Shown in pieces: positions 48,920 to 57,007 of a DNA stretch of 64,000 bases. Numbering within the stretch: the first letter of the stretch is position 1; every line of letters begins with the position of its first letter. A program made the translations under genes and the position numbers. The DNA is from Candidatus Poribacteria bacterium (GTDB lineage Bacteria > Poribacteria > WGA-4E > WGA-3G). The stretch lies in contig OY764073.1 of NCBI GenBank assembly GCA_963668035.1, forward strand, positions 4,814,653-4,878,652. Direction: 5' to 3'. The notes under the pieces are model-generated. The model saw only the letters and a program-made list of their open reading frames with translations, ran no database searches and had not been told where the DNA came from.

Positions 48920-49150
48920 ATGGAAGTGAGAATTGAATACTGCACCGCTTGAAACTACAAACCCCGGGCAGCCAGTTTGGCAGATGCCTTAAAAGAAAAG
49001 TACGGTGCAGACGTTAAGACAGTTGATCTGATTCCAGGTAGTGGTGGGGCTTTTGAAGTCTCGCTAAACGGCACCCTGCTCTACTCGAAGTTAGAAACCG
49101 GACAGTTTCCAACAACGGAGCAGGTAACAACTGCGATAGACGCGGTATAG
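48920..49150 (+). CDS. SelW/SelT/SelH (Rdx) family selenoprotein, 76 aa, CxxU redox motif
   Basis: GAGGAGG RBS. MEVRIEYCTA-U(TGA 48950-48952)-NYKPRAASLADALKEKYG...LIPGSGGAFEVSLNGTLLYSKLETGQFP. A SECIS-like hairpin follows the TGA. Absent from the ORF track because the TGA splits it. Confidence 0.8.
48967..48988 (+). promoter_or_regulatory. SECIS-like hairpin downstream of UGA 48950
   Basis: GGCA-GCCA-GUU-UGGC-AGA-UGCC: two 4-bp stems, a 3-nt bulge and an apical GUU loop ~25 nt after the U of UGA. Confidence 0.55.
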
Positions 49151-49171
49151 TTTGAATCGCATCTTTGGAAG

Positions 49172-49211
49172 GGCGGCGGCTTTTATTGTAGTGCCTCCGC
49201 CTCTCTTTTTT
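49172..49211. terminator. hairpin plus T-run between the convergent SelW-like and lpxI genes
   Basis: GGCGGCGGC-N12-GCCTCCGCC (one mismatch) followed by TCTCTTTTTT. Confidence 0.45.
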
Positions 49212-49213
49212 AC

Positions 49214-50017
49214 TCATTCGACAGCAACGATTGCGATTTTCCATCGGTCTGCTTGCTGAATGAGTGCGTTGGCATCCATAACAAAAGTTCGCCGCGCTTC
49301 TACTGCCAACACACCCGCTTTAACTTCATGCAACATTGCTAATGTTTGCATGCCGACCGTCGGTACATCAATACGGAAATCGTGATCCTCGGCGGATGCT
49401 TTCGCAACAACCACACCCTTCTTTCCCAAGTTCCCGCCTCTTTTAATAGTAGCATCTGTCCCTTCAATCGCTTCAATCGCAAGGACGATCTGATTCTTAA
49501 CGACAACAGTCTGCCCAATATCCATATTTGCGATCTGGCGTGCAGTTGTGATACCGAGCTCTATATCTGCTTGTTGGCTTGAAGTCGGTGGGCGCGCTGT
49601 TAAAACGCCCGGTTGTGGAAGAAGATCCTGGAGGTAACGGTCTTGCGGAAGGATAGTGAGTCCCTTGGATTCAAGATAGTTGAGTACTGCATTGACAATT
49701 GCGGCGGGTTTTTCACGGCGGTTCTGAACTAAAATTTTAATCGTAGTCGTATCTATTTGGAACGGACGCAGCAGGATGTTTTTTTCAACCTTACCGATAA
49801 TCACGACCTCTCGGACACCGGCATCGAGAAGTGTTCGAGCGATCTTTTGAATCTGTCCGACCCCATAAGTATGAATTTCGGCGGTAATTCCGGCAAAGCG
49901 TTGTGCATCAGATTTTGTAATTTGGACGATAACAGGCTTCCGATCCTGGGCGACAGCGGCACGCGCCAATAGCACCGGCAACTCACCTGCCCCCGCAATA
50001 ATCCCTAACTTTTCCAT
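49214..50017 (-). CDS. lpxI: UDP-2,3-diacylglucosamine pyrophosphatase LpxI (DUF1009)
   Basis: MEKLGIIAGAGELPVLLA and the C-terminal FRIDVPTVGMQTL motif. Sits in lipid A gene context. Confidence 0.8.
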   Translation of the reverse strand: MEKLGIIAGAGELPVLLARAAVAQDRKPVIVQITKSDAQRFAGITAEIHTYGVGQIQKIARTLLDAGVREVVIIGKVEKNILLRPFQIDTTTIKILVQNRREKPAAIVNAVLNYLESKGLTILPQDRYLQDLLPQPGVLTARPPTSSQQADIELGITTARQIANMDIGQTVVVKNQIVLAIEAIEGTDATIKRGGNLGKKGVVVAKASAEDHDFRIDVPTVGMQTLAMLHEVKAGVLAVEARRTFVMDANALIQQADRWKIAIVAVE

Positions 50018-50066
50018 AATTTTATTCTGATGTTTTCATCAATCTTCGGACAGGAGCCCCCATGCT

Positions 50067-51095
50067 TTAGCTTGGGGAGGAATGTCCGCTCCTATAGTTA
50101 AAGTTAATGCGTGTGAGTGTTTTAAAATCAGATCGTTTCGCACCTGTTGTTAAGCGTTTGCCAGTTTCTAAACTATAAAGTGCAAACAAGCCTTTCGCAT
50201 TGACGCCAGATAGGCGTGTCAAACCATATTTGATATGTTTAACCAAAGTGTTTTTGATTAAACCTTGACCTAATACAGTTCCACCATATCTTGAACGTTT
50301 TCGTCCTTTTGATTCTTGTTCTCTGTGCAACGTTCTGCGTTTGATAGGTATAGGGGATATACAAAAAATATCAGTATTATCAGGTATCTCTGTTCCACCT
50401 ACAGTGTGATATGCCAGACACCAACTATCCACACAATGTGCGTCAAATATTTCTGATAGTTTCTTTGACGACTTCTTGAGACCGAGACGATCGCGTATCT
50501 CTTTGGTTTCGTATCCTTGTAGTGTCAGTAGTTTCCAACGCTTTTCTATCTCGGTATAGAACCATTGCTTACCGACTTCCAAAGGACTGAAAGATTGATT
50601 CCATTTATTCGCACGTTTAATTGTCCGTGCTTTAATGTCTTCTACACAGACGTGTGTGATAGGATAGAGTTTGGAAAGCCAGTCAAGAATACGCAACTTC
50701 CAATCCCACCTTGCACGTGTCCCCGCGGGCATACGTTCTTTGTTCGCAAGGCGGTTCGTTCTGTTTGGACGGTTCGGACACTTTCGGGAACGTCTGCCTC
50801 TACGCAACTCACGACGCTTTTCTACTTTCTTTCCTACCTTGTTGTGAGCATCCGCTTGCACATTCAAATAGGTATGTGACTCTGATTTGACAGTCCAGCC
50901 TTCTTTCTTACTACCGGGGTCTACACCTACACATATCTCTTGTGTCCATTCCGTCGTATCGTAGTTGAGTCTAATACAGAATATACCATTAGACCAATAG
51001 GGTGTTGCCAATCTTTTTTTGATTAGCATACCGGCTTTGTTCGGATGAGTTGGCATTAAGCGTTTACCGTCTTGACTCGTTACAGGAACAAACAT
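50067..51095 (-). CDS. isrB: IsrB-type OMEGA nuclease (IscB homologue lacking HNH; RRXRR/PLMP + split RuvC)
   Basis: PLMP-like GKRLMPTHPNKAGMLIKK, RuvC-I GVDPGSKKEGW, bridge helix KRRELRRGRRSRK, RuvC-II HVCVEDIKA, and RuvC-III FDAHCVDSW. There is no Cys/His HNH insert and no Zn ribbon. Confidence 0.8.
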   Translation of the reverse strand: MFVPVTSQDGKRLMPTHPNKAGMLIKKRLATPYWSNGIFCIRLNYDTTEWTQEICVGVDPGSKKEGWTVKSESHTYLNVQADAHNKVGKKVEKRRELRRGRRSRKCPNRPNRTNRLANKERMPAGTRARWDWKLRILDWLSKLYPITHVCVEDIKARTIKRANKWNQSFSPLEVGKQWFYTEIEKRWKLLTLQGYETKEIRDRLGLKKSSKKLSEIFDAHCVDSWCLAYHTVGGTEIPDNTDIFCISPIPIKRRTLHREQESKGRKRSRYGGTVLGQGLIKNTLVKHIKYGLTRLSGVNAKGLFALYSLETGKRLTTGAKRSDFKTLTRINFNYRSGHSSPS

Positions 51096-51296
51096 ACTTT
51101 GTAATCTCCCTTTCGGGTTATATATTGCCCCTTCCAGATCGCAGTATCAAAGTGGGATCAGACGAGGGGAGTATCCGAAACATAGTTGAGGCTGCCACGC
51201 CCAAGATACTGCGATATTTTACTGTAGAAAATAGTTTAACTTGTGGAGTGAACGTTTGGCATACGCTTCGCACAAGCCCCATGCTTTAGCTTGGGG
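51096..51296 (-). ncRNA. candidate omega-RNA scaffold of the IsrB element
   Basis: ORF-free leader on the isrB strand. Perfect 11-bp long-range pairing of 51138-51148 with 51205-51215, a CCC-GAAA-GGG tetraloop hairpin at 51108-51117, and the terminal palindrome at 51276-51296. The position matches the IscB/IsrB paradigm. Confidence 0.55.
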
Positions 51297-51330
51297 TTAT
51301 TGACCAGAAACCCAATATTTAAAAAGTCCG

Positions 51331-52155
51331 TTAACCCATTAGGGTGCGATTGGGCTGGCTAAATCCGATGCCACGTTTGGAGGTCTCAATAAATTCAAGA
51401 AGGTATTCAACTTCTGGAGTCGGTTCGAGTTCTTCCTTGACTCTCGCAACCGCATGTTTCAGAGGTATACCGGAACGGAACAAGATGCGGAACGCCTTTT
51501 TCAACGCTGCAAGCGTTTCAGGAGTCAGCTGAGACAACGGATTAATCCGCGATGTTCGGATGCCGATACGGTTGAGACTCCGTACACGTGCGGGTTGTCC
51601 TGCAGACAGCATAAAGGGTGGAATATCTTGGACAATCTTTGAGAACCCGCCCGCCATCGCCATTTTGCCGACACGCACATATTGGTGGAGCGCGGCATGC
51701 GCTCCCAACCGAACATCATCTTCAATCACAACATGCCCCGCAAGCGACACAAAATTTGCCATGATCGTCCTATTGCCGACGATAGTGTCATGTGCAAGAT
51801 TAACCCAATTCATCAGCAGATTGTTGTCGCCAACGATAGTTGATCCCTCCTCAAATGTTGATCTGGAGATAGAAACGTATTCGCGCAAAATATTGCGATC
51901 ACCGATCTTCACATAACTCCGCCAACCATCGTACTTCAAGTCTTTAGATTGATTCCCAATAGTAGCCCCGAAGAAAATCTCACATTCTTCACCAATCGTT
52001 GTCCATTTCTCGATCTGAACATGCGGACCTATTACGGTGCCACGCCCGATATGAACGTCTTCACCGATAAGGCTATAGGGGCCAACTTTGACGCCCTCTT
52101 CCAGGGTTGCTTTTGGAGAGATAATAGCCGTCGGATGAATATTAGTTTCTAACAT
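51331..52155 (-). CDS. lpxA: acyl-ACP--UDP-N-acetylglucosamine O-acyltransferase
   Basis: Left-handed beta-helix hexapeptide repeats (IHPTAIISPKATLEEGVKVGPYSLIG...) plus the LpxA C-terminal helical domain. Confidence 0.9.
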   Translation of the reverse strand: MLETNIHPTAIISPKATLEEGVKVGPYSLIGEDVHIGRGTVIGPHVQIEKWTTIGEECEIFFGATIGNQSKDLKYDGWRSYVKIGDRNILREYVSISRSTFEEGSTIVGDNNLLMNWVNLAHDTIVGNRTIMANFVSLAGHVVIEDDVRLGAHAALHQYVRVGKMAMAGGFSKIVQDIPPFMLSAGQPARVRSLNRIGIRTSRINPLSQLTPETLAALKKAFRILFRSGIPLKHAVARVKEELEPTPEVEYLLEFIETSKRGIGFSQPNRTLMG

Positions 52156-52172
52156 AGATAGTCCTCTCTAAT

Positions 52173-53459
52173 TCAGACAGATGCCAGGACGATGGATAGT
52201 TCAGCCTCAGTCGCAAGTTCGTCTCCTACATAAACCCGTCCTTCAATTCGCGCAAGCCTGCTGCGCAATTGGGCAACTTCTATTTCCAATCGCAGTTGAT
52301 CGCCAGGAATAACAGCGCGTCGGAACGTTGCTTTACTTATTGAACGGAAGTAACCGAGTTCACCCTCTTTACCGATATCCCGAAGCACAAGCCATGCAGC
52401 GAGTTGCGCCAAAGCTTCAATCTGTAGCACCCCCGGCATCACAGGCTGCGTCGGGAAGTGTCCTTCAAAGATCGGTTCGTTGTACGTCACGTTCTTGATA
52501 CCAACCGCCCGTTTTTTACTTTCATATTCGATGACTCTATCTACCATACACATCGGATGCCGGTGCGGTAACACTTCGTAGATCTCTGTTACCTCAATAG
52601 GTTCTTGAACCGGGGGCTGTTGAAGATACCCCGCCTCAGCGAGGGCTTGCACAAATTCAGCATGGAAGGTATGACCTGTCCGCATCGCCATAACGTGCGC
52701 CTTCGGGAGATGCCCAGCCAAATAAAGATCGCCAATCAGGTCTAAAACTTTATGGCGGACAAACTCATCGTCAAAGCGGAGCGGCGTGCTCGGTTCACCT
52801 GCTGCGTTGATAACCAGAACGTTATCATAACTGGCACCTTTTCCGATGCCGAGTGCTTGGAGGGCTTCGATCTCATTTTCAAAACAGAAGCTCCGCGCGG
52901 GTGCTATGTCACGGGCATACAATTCTGGCGTTATTTCAAATGTCGCTATTTGCGGAGTCGTTTGTGGGTGGGCGTAAACGAATGTCACTTCTAACGCATC
53001 AGCGGGCAATAAAACGAGTTGTCTGTCCCCTGACGAGAGTGAAAATGGCTCTGCCACCTCAATAAAATTCCGAGGTGCATCTTGTGAGATAAGTCCTACC
53101 GCTTGAATATTTTCCACGTAAGGCATCGCACTCCCGTCGAGACCCGGCGGCTCCTGAGCATCCAACGCTACGATCGCATTGTCAACACCGAGTCCCCCTA
53201 AAGCAGAAAGAACATGTTCCACGCTACTCACCGTTGTCCCATTACTGCGTAAGCTGGTGCAGCGTGGCAAAACGTCTGACCAGTTTTCCGGACATACCTT
53301 CACTTCCGGAGCGTCTGCTATATCCACACGCCGAAAGACGATACCGGAATCCACCGGTGCCGGTTTCAAGGTTAATGTCACAGGTTCCCCTAACATTAAC
53401 CCCTTTCCTGTAATTGTTATCTCGTTTTGAATTGTTTGCTGTGAATCTGCTTTTTCCAT
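52173..53459 (-). CDS. lpxC: bifunctional UDP-3-O-acyl-GlcNAc deacetylase / 3-hydroxyacyl-ACP dehydratase (LpxC-FabZ fusion)
   Basis: N-terminal LpxC (QQTIQNEITITGKGLMLGEPVTL, HTFHAEF) fused to FabZ (LPHRHPMCMVDRV, GHFPTQPVMPGVLQIEALAQ). Confidence 0.9.
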   Translation of the reverse strand: MEKADSQQTIQNEITITGKGLMLGEPVTLTLKPAPVDSGIVFRRVDIADAPEVKVCPENWSDVLPRCTSLRSNGTTVSSVEHVLSALGGLGVDNAIVALDAQEPPGLDGSAMPYVENIQAVGLISQDAPRNFIEVAEPFSLSSGDRQLVLLPADALEVTFVYAHPQTTPQIATFEITPELYARDIAPARSFCFENEIEALQALGIGKGASYDNVLVINAAGEPSTPLRFDDEFVRHKVLDLIGDLYLAGHLPKAHVMAMRTGHTFHAEFVQALAEAGYLQQPPVQEPIEVTEIYEVLPHRHPMCMVDRVIEYESKKRAVGIKNVTYNEPIFEGHFPTQPVMPGVLQIEALAQLAAWLVLRDIGKEGELGYFRSISKATFRRAVIPGDQLRLEIEVAQLRSRLARIEGRVYVGDELATEAELSIVLASV

Positions 53460-53506
53460 TTTTTACCTACTACGGAAGTGCATCCATCCTATATTGTAAA
53501 GCATAC

Positions 53507-54532
53507 CTAACGGTTACGAGAGGCACGCCGAATTTTTCGTATCATTCTATTATGCTCTGAAAGCGTTTTCGAAAAGTGATGTTTTCCTTCACCTATCGCC
53601 ACAAAATAGAGATACGCTGTTTCTTCGGGGCGCAGGGTCGCTATGATTGAATCAATCCCCGGATTGGCAATAGGTCCCGGTGGTAACCCCTTATGTTTGT
53701 ATGTATTATAAGGCGAGTCAACACGCAAATCTGTCCGCGTTAGGAGACGTTTCGGGTTTCCTAAAGCGTATAGCACCGTTGGGTCCGCCTGAAGCCGCCA
53801 CTTTCGTTTAAGCCTATTATGAAAAACGCTCGCGATCCGAGGCCGCTCCGATTTAACTTGCGCCTCCTTTTCGATCACCGAAGCAAGCGTTACAACTTCG
53901 TGCCGTGTGAGGCCTAATGCTCGCGCCTCTTCATCATAAGTTTCAGACCACCGCTGTTTAAATTCGTCAAGCATCATCTCAACTGCCTTTTCAGCCGTTG
54001 TCCCTTTCGCGAACTTATACGTATTCGGGAAAAGGTAACCCTCTACGGTCTTCCCTTCAAGCGCGTACTGTTTTAACAGAGAAGGCGATTCACAAGCTTC
54101 CCGAAATGCTGCAGCCGTGCCGAACCCTGTCGTCTCCCAAAGTTGAGCGACCGCCTCTGTTGTCAAACCCTCAGGAACTGTCAAACTAACCAGCGTAACC
54201 TGTCCTTTTTCAAATTCATCAGCGATCTCCCACAACGCCATATTCCGCCGCAACGCATAAACACCTGCCCGTAAACGTCTACCCGTTCCCCTATGTCGGA
54301 CCATGATATGAAACGCGTATTCGCTCCGAATTAACTTTTGTTCAGCGAGTCGCTTCGCAATTATGCGCGAACTACTGCCAATCGGCACCTCAAAATTAAC
54401 AATCTCCTCCGAAGCGGTAGGCGGTAACATTAGGAATACGCCGATAGATACACCGATAAGGCAGAACGTGCCGAGACCGCAGAATGTCAATAGGCTTATC
54501 TTAATTATTCGCTTTTTTTCTGTTGACTCCAT
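53507..54532 (-). CDS. mltG: endolytic murein transglycosylase MltG (YceG-like)
   Basis: N-terminal TM helix, LASVIEKEA, FHNRLKRKWRLQADPTVLYAL and YNTYKHKGLPPGPIANPG. Confidence 0.9.
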   Translation of the reverse strand: MESTEKKRIIKISLLTFCGLGTFCLIGVSIGVFLMLPPTASEEIVNFEVPIGSSSRIIAKRLAEQKLIRSEYAFHIMVRHRGTGRRLRAGVYALRRNMALWEIADEFEKGQVTLVSLTVPEGLTTEAVAQLWETTGFGTAAAFREACESPSLLKQYALEGKTVEGYLFPNTYKFAKGTTAEKAVEMMLDEFKQRWSETYDEEARALGLTRHEVVTLASVIEKEAQVKSERPRIASVFHNRLKRKWRLQADPTVLYALGNPKRLLTRTDLRVDSPYNTYKHKGLPPGPIANPGIDSIIATLRPEETAYLYFVAIGEGKHHFSKTLSEHNRMIRKIRRASRNR

Positions 54533-54568
54533 ATTGTTGAAGGCACGCCTCTACGTCCTAACCGAAAA

Positions 54569-55018
54569 TTAGGGATCATTAGTCGTGGCTGCTGTAGATG
54601 CACCCTCCCGATTCTGATTCAAATAGTCTGTGAGAATGATCACCGCCGCGACCTCGTCAACCATTTCTTTCTGTTCTTTTGCGTCTTTGTTAAGCTCTTG
54701 CAAGATCGCTTCAGCCTCGGCAGTCGTAAAGCGTTCGTCCTGAAATTCAATCGGGATGTTAATGACCCCCTCTAAACGTTGCGCAAACTTCTGAACTTTC
54801 TCCGCTTGTGGACCGATAGAACCGTCAAGTGAGATAGGTAACCCCATAATCACACGTTCCACCTTGTGGATAGAAATCAGGTCTGCGATAGCAATCAGAT
54901 CGACCTTCCGATTTTTCCGAGTCAGCGTGCAAAGCGGATGTGCTGCAACACCGAGTTCATCGCTGAGAGCAACCCCGATACGTATATCACCGATGTCTAA
55001 TCCGAGTAAAACTGACAT
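54569..55018 (-). CDS. ruvX: putative pre-16S rRNA nuclease / Holliday junction resolvase-like YqgF
   Basis: LGLDIGDIRIGVALSD and FQDERFTTAEAE. Confidence 0.9.
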   Translation of the reverse strand: MSVLLGLDIGDIRIGVALSDELGVAAHPLCTLTRKNRKVDLIAIADLISIHKVERVIMGLPISLDGSIGPQAEKVQKFAQRLEGVINIPIEFQDERFTTAEAEAILQELNKDAKEQKEMVDEVAAVIILTDYLNQNREGASTAATTNDP

Positions 55019-55053
55019 AACAGCTCCCCTGTTTATCGCCTATCTATACTGAA

Positions 55054-56835
55054 TCAGAAGCGACCTGAACGTAAGATAGACACTACCAATCCAAATCCGA
55101 AGAACGTCGCAGTTAAGTAACCCATAATACCGAGAAAGAACTTCCATTCCCAGAGTGCTACACCTTGTAGGATAATCGACGAACCGATAATCAGTGAGGC
55201 GATAATCACGCTAAAGGCAACGCGATTGATAACACGGTCAAACCCTTTGATAACCGCTTCAAGGCTCAGATGCTCCAACTCAAATTTAAGAGAACCACGC
55301 TGCAATTTTTGTAGGATACGCCGTAATTGGAGGGGCATATCGGATGCCAGTTCCGTGAGATCTTCCACAGAATCCACGAGCTGACGTTCCCAGCGTTTGG
55401 TGCCAACATTTTGGACGACGAATTGTGTGATATACGGTTGGCTGAATTTCAAAATATCAAAATCAGGGTTTAGTTTCATCACAACCGATTCCACCGTCGC
55501 TACCGTTTTGCCGAGCATTAAGAATGCCGGCGGTGTATGAATTTGATGCCGTAGGGAGGCGTTAAAAACTTCGTGAATCAGTTCGCCGAGACGCAACCGA
55601 CTCGGCGGCATATTGAAGTAGCGTTCTAAAAAGTCGTTCATTTCCGATTTCAACGCCGCTATATCCGTCTCATCGCCAAGGATCCCCATCCGAATGTAAC
55701 TCCTAACGACGGCATCTACATCTTTGGTCAGCACGGCACTGAGCCAATTGCAGATATGTCGCAACATATCGTCGCTGATCCTACCGACCATGCCAAAGTC
55801 TACTAAACCGATCTTGCTGTCCGCTAAAACGAAAACGTTCCCCGGATGCGGATCCGCGTGGAAAAATCCATCGTTCAGCACTTGTGAATAAAAGAGTTCC
55901 ACGAGCGTTTCAGCGAGTGCCCCCCGGTTGAATCCCATCTCGTCCAATCTGGCAGTCGCGTCAATCGGCACACCGTCAATGCGTTCCAAAGTCAAGACAC
56001 GCCGATTCGTGAATTCCCAATAAACTTTCGGAATCTTCACTTGCGGCGATTCCGAAAACCTTTGATGAAAGGCATCTGTATTTGCCGCTTCAATCGTAAA
56101 ATCGATCTCTTTCCGGACAGAACGCGAGAATTCACGGACAAGTTCAGTCGGTTTGAAAAGATGCATCTCCGGGTCCCGATTCTCAAGCTGTTCTGCTAAT
56201 TCCATCAAAAGATTCAGGTCGGTCTGAATAATCGCCGCGACGCGCGGACGTTGAACTTTAACGACTACCGGCTCGCCTGTTTTTAATGTTGCCGCATGCA
56301 CCTGTGCAATTGAAGCCGCTGCAAACGGATGTTGTTCGTAGGTTGGGAAAACCTCCTCAAGGGGTCGGTTAAATTCAGTCTCAATCGTAGCGCGAACCTC
56401 TGAAAAATCAAACGGTTGAGCTTGCCGCTGCAGCTTCTGAAACTCGGTAATCCATGCCAAAGCCTCCTCTTGCCCAACGAGTTCAGAGAGGATGTCTACC
56501 CGTGTACTAAGCACCTGTCCTAATTTAACAAATGTCGGTCCCAACTCTTCAAACGCAAGCCTTAACCGTTCTGGAACAGATAACACTGCCGCTGAAACAC
56601 TTTGATCTGAACCGCTTTTCTTGCTTCCGAAATGCCACCATTTCGAAGGTTTCTCGGAAGGCGCGGTCCCTCTCACCCTCGGTAACAACACCTTTTTGAA
56701 CCTAAAACGGGTCGTACGACCCCGCTCAAGAATTTGGGAGATAATGTGTCCAAAGCCGTGTCTTGCGAAAACACTCACAATCTCAGGCAAGCGCTTCGCG
56801 CTTTTAAGTTTACGGTTCAAATTCAGAATGCGCAT
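55054..56835 (-). CDS. ABC1/UbiB-family atypical kinase
   Basis: FVKLGQVLSTRVDIL, AAASIAQVHAA, HADPHPGNVFV, DFGMVG, and a C-terminal TM pair. Confidence 0.85.
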   Translation of the reverse strand: MRILNLNRKLKSAKRLPEIVSVFARHGFGHIISQILERGRTTRFRFKKVLLPRVRGTAPSEKPSKWWHFGSKKSGSDQSVSAAVLSVPERLRLAFEELGPTFVKLGQVLSTRVDILSELVGQEEALAWITEFQKLQRQAQPFDFSEVRATIETEFNRPLEEVFPTYEQHPFAAASIAQVHAATLKTGEPVVVKVQRPRVAAIIQTDLNLLMELAEQLENRDPEMHLFKPTELVREFSRSVRKEIDFTIEAANTDAFHQRFSESPQVKIPKVYWEFTNRRVLTLERIDGVPIDATARLDEMGFNRGALAETLVELFYSQVLNDGFFHADPHPGNVFVLADSKIGLVDFGMVGRISDDMLRHICNWLSAVLTKDVDAVVRSYIRMGILGDETDIAALKSEMNDFLERYFNMPPSRLRLGELIHEVFNASLRHQIHTPPAFLMLGKTVATVESVVMKLNPDFDILKFSQPYITQFVVQNVGTKRWERQLVDSVEDLTELASDMPLQLRRILQKLQRGSLKFELEHLSLEAVIKGFDRVINRVAFSVIIASLIIGSSIILQGVALWEWKFFLGIMGYLTATFFGFGLVVSILRSGRF

Positions 56836-57007
56836 GAAGTTTCGTCTCTTTATGAATTTTATGATTCCATTTTAAAAATTTTACACGAAAAGTTGTGTGT
56901 AGTCAAGGAAAATCTCACATAGACAAAAATTTCGATAGAAACTTGATAAATTGTCGTAATCTGTGCTATAATTTCAGAATAATAAAACCAAGAAAGGATG
57001 GCAAGCG

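Larger units (their letters stand above)
50050..51300 (-). mobile_element. transposase-less IS200/IS605-like element carrying isrB and its leader RNA
   Basis: Bounded by direct copies of an imperfect palindrome, GCCCC(C)ATGCTTTAGCTTGGGG, at 50056-50077 and 51276-51296. It interrupts the lpxA-lpxI spacer. The exact ends are uncertain by about 25 nt. Confidence 0.65.
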
